NCBI GenBank assembly: GCA_964291495.2
Contig: OZ219871.1
Location: 608,001-672,000, forward strand
Reading direction: 5' to 3'
DNA from: Dehalococcoidia bacterium
GTDB taxonomy: Bacteria; Chloroflexota; Dehalococcoidia; UBA2979
DNA length: 64,000 nucleotides
This document shows positions 35,668 through 45,212 of this stretch, one piece after another; the stretch's first letter is position 1; every line of letters begins with the position of its first letter. The position numbers were made by a program, and so were the translations under genes. Under the pieces are notes generated by a model. The model worked only from the letters and a program-made list of their open reading frames with translations. It searched no databases and had not been told where the DNA came from.

Positions 35668-36855
35668 GTGAGCCCCTCATCAGCCGATGCCACGTACACC
35701 GTCAAGGACCAGGTCGCCATCGTCGGCATCGGCGAGACCACCTACTACAAGCGAGGCACCTCGCCGGTCCCGGAGTTCGTGCTCGCCTGCGAGGCGATCC
35801 TCAAGGCGGCCGACGACGCCGGCATCGACGTCCACGAGATCGATGGCTTCGCGTCCTACAGCAACGACCGTAACGACCCGGTACGGATCGGCAACGCGCT
35901 CGGCATCCGCGACATGGCCTTCACCAACATGTTCTGGGGCGGGGGCGGGGGCGGCGTCTGCGGCGCGGTCGGCAACGCGGCCGCGGCGCTCGTCGCGGGC
36001 TACGCGAAGTACGTCGTGGCGTACCGGGCGCTGGCGCAGGGGCAGTTCGGCCGCTTCGGGCAGTCGCACGCCACGGGCGCCGTCACCGGCGCGGCGGCCT
36101 ACGTCAATCCGTACGGCCTGATGACGCCCGCGCAGCAGATCGCGCTGCGCACGCAGCGCTTCATGCACGAGCACGACGTCACCCAGGACGCGCTCGCCGC
36201 GATCTCGCTCGCCTCGTACACCCACGCGCAGCGCAATCCGCGGGCCGTGATGTACGGGCGGCCGCTCACGCGCGAGGACTACGACCAGTCACGCTGGATC
36301 GTCGAGCCCTTCCACCTCTTCGACTGCTGCCAGGAGAACGACGGCGCCGCCGCGGTCATCCTGACCACGGCGGAGCGTGCGCAGGACTTGCAGCAGAAGC
36401 CGGCCTGGGTGATGGGTGCGGCGCAGGGCTCGGACGCCCGCTTCTCGCTGCCGACGCACAATGCGCCCGACTACCCGAGCGCGAACTTCAAGCCCGTCGC
36501 GCGACGGCTCTTCGAGATGGCGGGGATCGGCCCTCAGGACGTGGATGTGGCGCAGGTCTACGAGAACTTCACCGGCGGGACGATGCTGAGCATGGTCGAG
36601 CACGGTCTCTGCGAGCCCGACGAGGTGCAGGAGTTCTGCACCGAGGCCAACCTCACCTGGCCGGACGGCGGCCTCCCGCTCAACACCAGCGGCGGGAACC
36701 TCGCCGAGTGCTACATGCACGGCCTCGAGCTCGTGAATGAGGCGGTCCGGCAGGTGCGGGGAACTTCGACCTGCCAGGTGGAGGGCGCCGAGATCGCGCT
36801 GGTCGCCGGGGGGCCCGTCACGGCGCCAGTCAGCGATCTGATCCTGCACGGCTGA
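35668..36855 (+). CDS. Thiolase-fold protein (Ltp2/SCP2-like, lacks nucleophilic Cys)
   Basis: VAIVGIGET, FWGGGGGG, LFDCCQENDG, YENFT, LNTSGGNLAECY. Confidence 0.88.
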   Translation: MSPSSADATYTVKDQVAIVGIGETTYYKRGTSPVPEFVLACEAILKAADDAGIDVHEIDGFASYSNDRNDPVRIGNALGIRDMAFTNMFWGGGGGGVCGAVGNAAAALVAGYAKYVVAYRALAQGQFGRFGQSHATGAVTGAAAYVNPYGLMTPAQQIALRTQRFMHEHDVTQDALAAISLASYTHAQRNPRAVMYGRPLTREDYDQSRWIVEPFHLFDCCQENDGAAAVILTTAERAQDLQQKPAWVMGAAQGSDARFSLPTHNAPDYPSANFKPVARRLFEMAGIGPQDVDVAQVYENFTGGTMLSMVEHGLCEPDEVQEFCTEANLTWPDGGLPLNTSGGNLAECYMHGLELVNEAVRQVRGTSTCQVEGAEIALVAGGPVTAPVSDLILHG

Positions 36856-36878
36856 TCGTTGGAAGCGGGGAGGCACCC

Positions 36879-37337
36879 ATGACCGAGCAGCGGCACGGCG
36901 CCTACTACCTTCCGGACGGGGTTCCGCAGCCGGCGCCCGCTCCCGACGGGATGGACGCCCCCTACTGGGAGGCAACGCGCCGGCACGAGCTGGTGGTCCA
37001 GCACTGCGAGGCCTGCGAGCGGTTCCAGTGGGAGCCCGAGTGGATCTGCGGGGCCTGCCAGTCCTTCGACCTGGCCTGGCGCCCGGTTCCCGCCAGAGGC
37101 ACGATCTTCGCCTGGGAGCGCGTCTGGCACCCCGTCCACCCCGCACTCGCCGAGGGCGTCCCCTACCTCGTCGTGCTCGTCGAGCTGCCCGAGGCCGGCA
37201 ACGTCCGGATGGTGGGCAACCTCCTCGGGGATCCGCACCAACAGGTGCGGACCGGCGCGGAGGTCAACGCAGTCTTCGAGGACCACGAGGACGACGGCTA
37301 CACACTCGTCCAGTGGGAGCTTGCTTCCGCGAGCTGA
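36879..37337 (+). CDS. DUF35 Zn-ribbon/OB-fold protein
   Basis: PYWEA, CEAC...CGAC, PYLVVLVEL. Confidence 0.9.
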   Translation: MTEQRHGAYYLPDGVPQPAPAPDGMDAPYWEATRRHELVVQHCEACERFQWEPEWICGACQSFDLAWRPVPARGTIFAWERVWHPVHPALAEGVPYLVVLVELPEAGNVRMVGNLLGDPHQQVRTGAEVNAVFEDHEDDGYTLVQWELASAS

Positions 37338-37344
37338 CAAGAGT

Positions 37345-37368
37345 TGAGGCCGGCGATAGCCGGCCTCA
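37345..37368. terminator. Hairpin between convergent genes
   Basis: TGAGGCCGGC-gata-GCCGGCCTCA perfect 10-bp stem. Confidence 0.6.
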
Positions 37369-37395
37369 GCGCATGATCCGCGGGCCGGCCGCCTG

Positions 37396-38025
37396 CTAGG
37401 ACACGCCCGACTTCTCGCGGCGCTCGGGAAGCACGTCGGCGAGGATCAGGTCGAACTGCGCGTCGAAGTACGAGGACACGTCGAAGTCGTCCTTGAGCGC
37501 CCAGCCCTTCAGCGCCCACATGTGCGCGAGCATGATGATGTTGTGGGCGACCAGTTCCGGGTTCACCGGGCGGAACTGCCCCGCGTCCATGCCCTGCCGG
37601 ATGATTTCCGCCAGGAAGTCGCGCTCGCGCAGCTCGCTCTGCTTCAAGACCTCGAGGTGCTCGGGCAGCATCGAAGCCGACTCGCGGTAGAGGAGTGCGA
37701 CCTCGCGCCGCAGGCCCGCCACGGCGTTGAAGAAGTGCTCGGCCGCGGCGTGCAGCGTCTCGAGCGGCGTCTCACGCGGCTCGACCGCGCGCAGGCCGTC
37801 CGAGAGGTCCTCCATGATCGCGGAGGCGATCAGGTAGAGCACGTCCTCCTTGCGGGAGATGTAGAGGTAGAGGGTGCCCATCGTGATGTCGGCGGCCGCG
37901 GCAATGTCGCGGATCGACGTGCGGTGGAACCCTTTTTCGAGCATGACGCCGGTCGCGGTCGAGACGATCTGTTGCCGCCGACCGGCCAGAAGAGCCTCAT
38001 CCGCCACCTTCGCGGGTACAACCAT
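37396..38025 (-). CDS. TetR/AcrR family regulator (FadR/YsiA/KstR2-like)
   Basis: RRQQIVSTATGVMLEKGFHRTSIRDIAAAADITMGTLYLYISRKEDVL; IIRQGMDAGQFR; GAGGAG RBS. Confidence 0.93.
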   Translation of the reverse strand: MVVPAKVADEALLAGRRQQIVSTATGVMLEKGFHRTSIRDIAAAADITMGTLYLYISRKEDVLYLIASAIMEDLSDGLRAVEPRETPLETLHAAAEHFFNAVAGLRREVALLYRESASMLPEHLEVLKQSELRERDFLAEIIRQGMDAGQFRPVNPELVAHNIIMLAHMWALKGWALKDDFDVSSYFDAQFDLILADVLPERREKSGVS

Positions 38026-38060
38026 TGCCCGTTCTCCTCACCGCGGGGAAACCTCTGAGA

Positions 38061-38121
38061 TTGACGGGATCATACGGTCGTTGCTAGGTTAGCGACAAGT
38101 GAGCGATCGCTCGCTTGTCGC
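38061..38121 (+). promoter_or_regulatory. Promoter TTGACG-N18-TAGGTT plus 30-bp palindromic operator GCGACAAGTGAGCGATCGCTCGCTTGTCGC (38092-38121)
   Basis: 14 of 15 pairs symmetric; lies between the divergent TetR and LLM genes. Confidence 0.8.
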
Positions 38122-38255
38122 ACAAACTCGCACCCGTGGGCGGCCCTCGCTCCACCCCTCGGGGACTGCATTCGAGCCGCCATCCGCCGGGTTCTGATTC
38201 GATAGTCTGGCGTTGTGAGCGCTGCGACACTCGGTTCGAGAAAGGAGGGGTCACG

Positions 38256-39377
38256 ATGAAGATCGGCCTCGCCATCCCGCAGTACGCGCGCTGGTTCCGG
38301 GGGGAGCCGGCGTTCCGCGTGCTGGAGAAGGCCAAGGAAACGAACCTCGAGTCCCTCTGGCTCGTCGACCACATCATCCTCACACCCACGCAGGCCGTCG
38401 GCTACGGCACGGGGACGATGGACGTCTGGACGGCGTGCGCATACTTCGCGGGCGCCTGCGACGCGATCGACTACCACCCCTACTTCAGCCAGGCCGTCGC
38501 GGTCATCCCCTGGCGCCCGCCGATCCAGCAGGCGCAGGTGCTCGCGACCATCGACCACCTCACCCACGGCCGGCTGATGATCGGCGCCGGCAGCGGCCAC
38601 ATCGTCGAGGCGTCCGAGGCCATGCGACAGCCGTTCGACGAGCGCACGGCGATGACCGACGAGTACCTCAAGTGCATGATCGCGCTCTGGAAGAACCGCG
38701 TCGCGAGCTTCCACGGCAAGTACGCCAGCTTCGACGAGATGACCATCATGGTCCGGCCCACGCAGGAGCCCCACCCGCCCATCATCTACGGAGGGCGCGG
38801 GCCACGGCCGTTCCGGCGCATCGGCGAGTACTGCCAGGGCTATCTGCCCGGCGTCGGCGCTCTCAACACCCCCTCGACCCGTGCCGGGCCGATCGGCGAG
38901 CAGCCCTCGTACTTCGCCGGCAAGCCGATCTTTCCCTGGGACGCCGAGGAGCTGACCGGCACCCAGCGGCTGGCGCGGGATCTCGAGGAGCTGCAGATGT
39001 ACTGGGACCGCTACGGCCGCACGGGCAAGCCCTACGTCGCGATCACGATCCAGTGCCAGATCACCGACCGCCGGGACGACGAGGAAGAGAGCGAGGTGGC
39101 TCGCGGGTTGGTCAAGGAGGGCGAGCTCAGCTTCAGGTCGACCTATCCGGTCGTCCACGTCGACGATCTCGTGCAGACGATCCGCGACTGCGCCGAAGTC
39201 GGCGTCGACCACATCGGGATCCGCCCGGGCGCCTACCGCTACCGCGACCTCGACCAGGTCGGGAACCTGCTGCACCAGATGGAGCTGATGGCCGAGCATG
39301 TGCTTCCGAAGGTCACGCTGACCCCCGGCCCGATCGGCCCGTTCTCCTACGCCGACTCGATCGAGGGCGTGGACTAG
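38256..39377 (+). CDS. LLM-class flavin/F420-dependent oxidoreductase
   Basis: SLWLVDHI, LATIDHLTHGRLMIGAGSG, RPTQEPHPPIIYGG; AAAGGAGG RBS. Confidence 0.9.
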   Translation: MKIGLAIPQYARWFRGEPAFRVLEKAKETNLESLWLVDHIILTPTQAVGYGTGTMDVWTACAYFAGACDAIDYHPYFSQAVAVIPWRPPIQQAQVLATIDHLTHGRLMIGAGSGHIVEASEAMRQPFDERTAMTDEYLKCMIALWKNRVASFHGKYASFDEMTIMVRPTQEPHPPIIYGGRGPRPFRRIGEYCQGYLPGVGALNTPSTRAGPIGEQPSYFAGKPIFPWDAEELTGTQRLARDLEELQMYWDRYGRTGKPYVAITIQCQITDRRDDEEESEVARGLVKEGELSFRSTYPVVHVDDLVQTIRDCAEVGVDHIGIRPGAYRYRDLDQVGNLLHQMELMAEHVLPKVTLTPGPIGPFSYADSIEGVD

Positions 39378-39393
39378 GAGCGGCGGCGGACCG

Positions 39394-40728
39394 CTAGGCG
39401 ACGGCGCCCGCAGCCCGCAGCTCGGCGATCTCGTCCGCGGAGAGCCCCGCGCTCCGCAGAATCTCGTCGGTGTGCTTCCCGAGGACCGGGGCCGGGCCGG
39501 CGGGCTGGACAGTGGACTTCGACATCTCGAACACCCCGCCGAGTTGCCGCTGCGGGCCGGTCAACTCGTCCTCGATCTCCGCCATCAGGTGTGACGCCTG
39601 CGGGTCGTCGGCGACCTCGCCGGGCAGGTGCACCGGCGCGACGGGCACGCCGGCGTCGAGCAGCTCGCGCACGACCTCGGCGACGGTACGGCTGCGCACC
39701 GCCTCGACGACGGCCAGCCGGGTCTGCTCGACGCGCGCCTTCACCTCCGGGTCGAACGGATCGACGCCCGGCTCGTCGCTCCCGTCGTCGGGAATGTTGA
39801 GCGCGCCGCGCGCGAGCGTGCGCATCGCCGGGGTGTACGCGCCCATGAACACCGGCCCGTCCTTGGCCATGTAGCCGGCGAGGAACGGCCCGCGGATCGA
39901 GGAGTGCGCGACCACCACGCGGTTGTCCGTCGGCCCGCGGCCGGGTTCCCGCGCGCTCCCGAGGCTTGGGGGTCCGCTCGCCTTGTAGTCCCGCAACACC
40001 GAGGCGTAGTCGTCGCCCGCCTCGAAGCGCTCATGCGCCTTCTCGACGCGAGGGCCGTAGAGCGTCGGGTCGCGGCCGGGATCCTGGCTGACCAGGCCGC
40101 CGATCAGGATCATGGCGGAGCGCAGCAGGGCGACGTCGACGAACTGCCCCTCGCCGGTCCGGTCGCGGTGGTAGAGCGCCGAGGTGACCCCGACGACGGT
40201 CGAGAGTCCGGTGACGGCGTCGATCGTCCCTCCGTGCGTGCCCATCGGCCCGCCGAACTCGTCGATCACGCCGACCTCCGCCATGTAGCCGGAGTAGGCC
40301 TGCGCGACCATGTCGATGAGCGGCTCATCGACACGCGGCCCGTGGCTCCCGAAGCCCGATATCTGGGCATAGACCAGGTCCGGGCGGTATTGCGCGAGGG
40401 TCTCGTAGTCGAGTTCCAACCGGCGGATCACGTTCGGCCGGAAGTTGATGACGACGACGTCGAAGGACGGGATGATGCGGTGGATCAGCGAGCGGCCGCG
40501 CGGGTCGGCGAGGTTCACCACGAGGCTGCGCTTGCCCCGGTTGAGGAACTGGAATCCCTTGCTCGTGCCCTGGACCACGGCCGCGGCGCCGCGCATCCCC
40601 TCGCCGCCCGGAGGCTCGATCTTGACCACCTCCGCGCCGAGGTCGCCCAGCACGACTCCGGCCAGCGGTCCGGCGATGATCTGCGAGAACTCGAGCACCC
40701 GCACGCCATGCAGCGGACCCGGCGCCAT
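39394..40728 (-). CDS. Family III CoA-transferase
   Basis: GPLHGVRVLEFSQIIAGP, NRGKRSLVVNL, TIDAVTG, APVLGKHT. Confidence 0.92.
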   Translation of the reverse strand: MAPGPLHGVRVLEFSQIIAGPLAGVVLGDLGAEVVKIEPPGGEGMRGAAAVVQGTSKGFQFLNRGKRSLVVNLADPRGRSLIHRIIPSFDVVVINFRPNVIRRLELDYETLAQYRPDLVYAQISGFGSHGPRVDEPLIDMVAQAYSGYMAEVGVIDEFGGPMGTHGGTIDAVTGLSTVVGVTSALYHRDRTGEGQFVDVALLRSAMILIGGLVSQDPGRDPTLYGPRVEKAHERFEAGDDYASVLRDYKASGPPSLGSAREPGRGPTDNRVVVAHSSIRGPFLAGYMAKDGPVFMGAYTPAMRTLARGALNIPDDGSDEPGVDPFDPEVKARVEQTRLAVVEAVRSRTVAEVVRELLDAGVPVAPVHLPGEVADDPQASHLMAEIEDELTGPQRQLGGVFEMSKSTVQPAGPAPVLGKHTDEILRSAGLSADEIAELRAAGAVA

Positions 40729-40840
40729 GGTTGGGCTCCCTTCGTCGTCTGTCATCCGCGCGCCCCGTAGGCGACCGTGCTGAAGGCGTCCGTGAACGCG
40801 AGAGCCCGGTGCTGAGCCCTCGAGTGGCCGCGAGCGCTCA

Positions 40841-41257
40841 TCAGCTCGCTGGACGGAAATAGGGTAGCGTGACGCCTTCCGCGAGGTCCCTGAAGACGAC
40901 CTCCACGGGCAGCCCGATGCGCACGTCGGCCGGCTCGCAATCCACGACGTTGCTCATCATGACTGGCCCCTCGTCCAGCCTGATCATCGCGATCACGTAG
41001 GGGGCGTCGTCAACCCAGGCCTCGCTGACCGGGCGGTGCACGACGGTGTAGGTGTAGACCTCGCCCCTGCCGCTCACCTCGGCCCAGTCGTAGTCCAGGC
41101 CCATGCAGTCCGGCGCGTGGCACATGGGGCTGGGGTAGAAGCGGAACGTCCCGCAGGCGTCGCAGCGCTGCAGGCGCAACTCGTGATTGTTCAGGGCATC
41201 CCAGTACGGCTCGGAGCCGGGCGTGAACTGGGGAAGCGGCTTTGCGAGGTCGGCCAC
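40841..41257 (-). CDS. DUF35 Zn-ribbon/OB-fold protein
   Basis: PYWDA, CDAC...CHAPDC, PYVIAMIRLDEG, IGLPVEVVF. Confidence 0.92.
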   Translation of the reverse strand: MADLAKPLPQFTPGSEPYWDALNNHELRLQRCDACGTFRFYPSPMCHAPDCMGLDYDWAEVSGRGEVYTYTVVHRPVSEAWVDDAPYVIAMIRLDEGPVMMSNVVDCEPADVRIGLPVEVVFRDLAEGVTLPYFRPAS

Positions 41258-41259
41258 CG

Positions 41260-42480
41260 TTAGTTCCTCCCAAGCAACGCGACGCTGTAGCTGGACAGGC
41301 TCTCGGAGACGCCGCTCACCATCGCGACCTCGGCGCCCTCGACCTGGCGCTCGCCGGCGTCGCCGCGGAGTTGCGTGACCGCCTCGATGAGGGCGGGAAT
41401 CGAGTTCCCGAGGCCGTTGTCGCCCTCGGAGAGCAGGCCGCCGTGGGTGTTGAGGGGGAGCGCGCCGCCGAGTTCGAGTCGGCCGTCCGCCACGAAGTCG
41501 CCGGCCTCGCCCTTCGCGCAGAAGCCGTAGTCCTCGAGCTGCAGGAGCACGGTGGTCGTGAAGGAGTCGTTCAGCTCGGCGACGTCCACATCCTCCGGGC
41601 CGAGTCCGGCCTGCGTGAAGGCCTGCTCGGCGGCGATCTTCCCCACCGTGCGCACGAGATCGAACTCGCTGTCGGACCCGCGGCAGAGGTGACCCATGTG
41701 CTGGAAGGACTGCGCCTGGCCGGAACCGAGGACCCAGACCGGCTTCTGGACGGCATCTCGCGCGCGCTCCGCCGACGTGACGATGAAGGCGGAGGCGCCG
41801 TCCGCGATGTAGGAGCAGTCGAGCAGGCGGAGCGGCTCGGCGATCATCTTCGAGCTCAGCACGTCATCGACGCTGATCGGCGTGCGCAGCAGGGCCCGCT
41901 CGTTGAGCGCGGCGTGCTTGCGGGCCGCCACGGCGATGGCCGCCAGTTGCTCGCTGGTGGTGCCGAATTCCTGCATGTGCCGCTGCGTCACCATCGCGGC
42001 CAGCGCCGGCAGGTGCAGGCCGTAGGGGAACTCGTACTCCATCGAGATCGGCTCGCGGCTGTGGTAGATGGACTCGGAGAGGTCGACTCCCGAGAGGCCG
42101 ATCGGTGTGCGGTGCGAGGACGAGCGCCAGGTCCCGCCGCCGACCACGATGACGTTCTTGCACTGATCGTGGTACACGGCCGAGCGGGCCTTGTTGACGG
42201 CCAGGCCCACCATCAGGCCGCCGACCAGCGGGAAGTCGCAGAGGCTCTTCCCGAAGTTGGCGCTCCCCAGCTGCTCGGTCAGCTCGGTGTGGAAGCGCAT
42301 GCTGCCGTTGGGCGGATAGACCAGGAAGCCGTCTATGTCGCTCTTCGTGAGCTCGGCTTCCTCCATCGCATTCTTGATTGCCTCCATGTAGAGGCTCATC
42401 CCGGAGCGCCCGTCGGGGTTGCGCATCTCGGTGCTGCCGATGCCGATGATGGCGGCCTCTCGCGAAAGGGTCTCGATCAT
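41260..42480 (-). CDS. Thiolase-fold protein (no nucleophilic Cys)
   Basis: AAIIGIGST, PLRLLDCS, NDSFT, LNTHGGLLSEG. Confidence 0.88.
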   Translation of the reverse strand: MIETLSREAAIIGIGSTEMRNPDGRSGMSLYMEAIKNAMEEAELTKSDIDGFLVYPPNGSMRFHTELTEQLGSANFGKSLCDFPLVGGLMVGLAVNKARSAVYHDQCKNVIVVGGGTWRSSSHRTPIGLSGVDLSESIYHSREPISMEYEFPYGLHLPALAAMVTQRHMQEFGTTSEQLAAIAVAARKHAALNERALLRTPISVDDVLSSKMIAEPLRLLDCSYIADGASAFIVTSAERARDAVQKPVWVLGSGQAQSFQHMGHLCRGSDSEFDLVRTVGKIAAEQAFTQAGLGPEDVDVAELNDSFTTTVLLQLEDYGFCAKGEAGDFVADGRLELGGALPLNTHGGLLSEGDNGLGNSIPALIEAVTQLRGDAGERQVEGAEVAMVSGVSESLSSYSVALLGRN

Positions 42481-42496
42481 GCCGCGCTCCTCACGA

Positions 42497-42925
42497 TCAG
42501 GCCTCCGGTTCCGTGATGGGCCGGAAGAATGGCAATGTGACCTCGTCGGTCAGATCCTCGAAGACGACCTCCATCCGCATCCCGATCTTCACGTCGAACG
42601 CGGGGATGTCGACGGCCCGGCTGAACATCACGGGCCCCTCGTCCAGCTCGATCAGGACGAGGGCGTAGGGTGCGAGGTCCGCCCACATCTCGTTGGGCGC
42701 CCGCACGACGACCGTCAGCGTGTAGACCGTTCCCTTGCCGCTGGACTGCACCCAGTCGAAGTCCATCGAGAGGCAATCGAAGGCCTGGCAGATCGGGCCG
42801 GGATAGAAGCGATGGTACCCGCAGTCGCGGCAGCGCTGGATCAGCAACTCGTGCCGGCGGCAGCCCTCCCAGTACTCCTTCGAGTCGGGGGTGACGCCGG
42901 GAACCGGTCTGTTGTACTCGGCCAC
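42497..42925 (-). CDS. DUF35 Zn-ribbon/OB-fold protein
   Basis: YWEG, CRDC...CQAFDC, PYALVLIELDEG. Confidence 0.92.
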   Translation of the reverse strand: MAEYNRPVPGVTPDSKEYWEGCRRHELLIQRCRDCGYHRFYPGPICQAFDCLSMDFDWVQSSGKGTVYTLTVVVRAPNEMWADLAPYALVLIELDEGPVMFSRAVDIPAFDVKIGMRMEVVFEDLTDEVTLPFFRPITEPEA

Positions 42926-42926
42926 G

Positions 42927-44150
42927 TCACTCCCCCTGCAGGATGGTGCACCCGAAGTTGGAGGCCACGCCCGAGGCGCCTCCGATGCAGACCATCGGCT
43001 TCTCCGCGGCCTGCCGCTCGCCCGCTTCGCCGCGCGCCTGGGAGATCCCCTCGTACATGACGAACAGCGTTCCGTTGCCGGGCTGGCCCTCCGAGAGCAG
43101 GCCGCCGTGCGTGTTGAGGGGCAGCTCGCCGCCGAGCTCGAGGCGGCCGCCCTCGGCGAACGGGCCGCCCTCGCCCTTCTCGCAGAAGCCGAAGTCCTCG
43201 ATCGCGAGCAGGGCCGTGGTCGTGAAGCTGTCGTAGACCTGGAGGCAATCGATATCGCTGCGCGAGACGCCGGCCTCGCCGAAGGCCTGGTCCCCCGCCA
43301 TCTTGCCCACGGTGCGCACGATGTCGAAGCCCTCGGGGGACGGGGTGCAGAGGTTGCCGACGTGGTAGTAGGACATGCCGTGGCCGGCCCCGAGGATCCA
43401 GACCGGCGGCTTCGGGCTGTCGTACGCCCGGTCCGCCGAGGTCACGATGTAGGCGGTGGCGGTGCCCGGGGCGATGTACGCGCAGTCGAGCAGGTGGTGC
43501 GGCCAGCTGATCCAGCGTGAGTTCATGACGTCGTCGATCGTAATCGGGTCTCGCAGGCAAGCCCGCTCGTTCATCGTGGCGTGCTTCCGGCAGGCCACGG
43601 CGATGGCGGCCAGTTGCTCGCTCGTGGTCCCGAACTCGTACATATGCCGGGCGCCGACCGGCGCGTAGATCGAGTAGGCGCCGCCGGTCCCGTAGGGCAT
43701 CTCCCAGTCGAAGGGGTGAGGGCTGCGCATCGACTCGCGGTAGGGCCGGACGGCCGCGCCCATGTCCCTGCCGCGGCCGATGTACTGCTCGCGCCAGTTG
43801 CCGCCGTCCAGCACCATCACGTAGTTGGCGAGGCCCTGCTGCAGGTACCAGCGGGCCTGGTTGTTGGCGTAGCCGCTGCTCATCCCGCCCGTGTGGGGCA
43901 GGTCGATCACCTTCGCGTAGGTTCCGAAGCCCAGGTACTCCGCGAAGCGGTACTGGAGCCTTGGGTCGGACCCGAAGCCGGCCACCTGGGTGGTGATGAT
44001 GCCGTCGATGTCGCTCTTCTGGAGGCCGGCGTCCTCGATCGCCATCTTGGCGGCCTGGGCAAGGAGTTCGGCGACGGTGTGCTCTTCCACGTTGAAGCCG
44101 GTGGTCCGGCCGGCCCCGACGATCGCGGTCTGTCTTGACATCTTTGACAT
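42927..44150 (-). CDS. Thiolase-fold protein (no nucleophilic Cys)
   Basis: TAIVGAG, HTGGMSSG, HLLDCA, YDSFT, LNTHGGLLSEG. Confidence 0.88.
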   Translation of the reverse strand: MSKMSRQTAIVGAGRTTGFNVEEHTVAELLAQAAKMAIEDAGLQKSDIDGIITTQVAGFGSDPRLQYRFAEYLGFGTYAKVIDLPHTGGMSSGYANNQARWYLQQGLANYVMVLDGGNWREQYIGRGRDMGAAVRPYRESMRSPHPFDWEMPYGTGGAYSIYAPVGARHMYEFGTTSEQLAAIAVACRKHATMNERACLRDPITIDDVMNSRWISWPHHLLDCAYIAPGTATAYIVTSADRAYDSPKPPVWILGAGHGMSYYHVGNLCTPSPEGFDIVRTVGKMAGDQAFGEAGVSRSDIDCLQVYDSFTTTALLAIEDFGFCEKGEGGPFAEGGRLELGGELPLNTHGGLLSEGQPGNGTLFVMYEGISQARGEAGERQAAEKPMVCIGGASGVASNFGCTILQGE

Positions 44151-44218
44151 AGTCACATCCCGTAGGGAGGCCGTGCCGGGAGTCTCACAGGCTACTCCCA
44201 CCAACGACGGTGATGACT

Positions 44219-44259
44219 GGGCAAGCGCTCACTTACCATACGCTTCGCCGGGTCGTCAA
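44219..44259 (-). promoter_or_regulatory. Promoter TTGACG-N18-TAAGTG with overlapping operator AAGTGAGCGCTTGCCC (44219-44234)
   Basis: Read directly on the minus strand. Confidence 0.68.
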
Positions 44260-44372
44260 GTCGCGGTGAAGCGCGGCGCAGCGCCCGCTATCGGTGCGCA
44301 CGACCCGCTCCGGCGGATTGATCAACGCCCGGTGAGCCGTGAGCCCGGAGCCCAGGGAACGGATGCAGGCAC

Positions 44373-45176
44373 ATGACGACCGACACTCCCGCTCAACTCG
44401 CACAGCCGCCCGCCGCATCGATCGAGGTCTGCGGCGGGAACGTCTCGTACCTGCGCAAAGGCGCGGGCGCGCCGCTGGTGGTTCTGCACCACTCGATCAG
44501 CAGCCACGGCTGGCTCCCGCTGCACGAGCGCCTGGCCGAGCGTTTCGCCGTCCACGTCCCGGACCTGCCCGGCTGGGGCGACTCCGACCGTCCGGACTGG
44601 GCGCGCAGCGTGCGCGACATCGCGATCCTCGTGGAGTTGTGGATGGACGCGCTGGACCTCGGCCGCGTGACGCTCGTCGGCTGCGGTCTTGGCGGCTGGG
44701 TGGCGGCCGAGCTCGCGACGATGAACCAGCGCCGCCTCGCCGGGTTGGTGCTGGTGGGCGCGGCCGGCATCCGCCCTCGCGAGGGCGCGATCGTCGATCA
44801 ACTGGTGGTCGACTACGTGGAGTACGTCAATAGCGGGTTCCACGACGAGGCGGAGTTCGACCGCTACTTCGGGCAGGACCCGCCGCGCGAGACCCGCATG
44901 CTGCTGTACGGCGGTCGCGAGATGACGATGCGCATCACCTGGAAGCCCTGGATGTTCAACGACGCGCTGCCCGTGCTGTTGGCCGGCGTGCAGACCCCGG
45001 TGCTGGTCGCGTGGGGCGCGAACGACGCGATCGTCCCGCTCGACTGCGGGGAGCAGTTCGCCGAGGCGGCGCCGAACGCGACGCTCCGCGTCATCGAGGA
45101 CGGCGGCCACTTCCTGGACTTCGAACGCCCGGACGCCCTCGCCGCGCTGATCGAGGACTTCGCCGGGGGAGCGTAG
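44373..45176 (+). CDS. Alpha/beta hydrolase-fold protein lacking the nucleophilic Ser
   Basis: PDLPGWGDS, elbow GCGLGG, WGANDAIVP, GHF. Confidence 0.88.
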   Translation: MTTDTPAQLAQPPAASIEVCGGNVSYLRKGAGAPLVVLHHSISSHGWLPLHERLAERFAVHVPDLPGWGDSDRPDWARSVRDIAILVELWMDALDLGRVTLVGCGLGGWVAAELATMNQRRLAGLVLVGAAGIRPREGAIVDQLVVDYVEYVNSGFHDEAEFDRYFGQDPPRETRMLLYGGREMTMRITWKPWMFNDALPVLLAGVQTPVLVAWGANDAIVPLDCGEQFAEAAPNATLRVIEDGGHFLDFERPDALAALIEDFAGGA

Positions 45177-45212
45177 CCGTTCAGGGCGCGAGACGCTCGA
45201 TCCGCGATCGCC

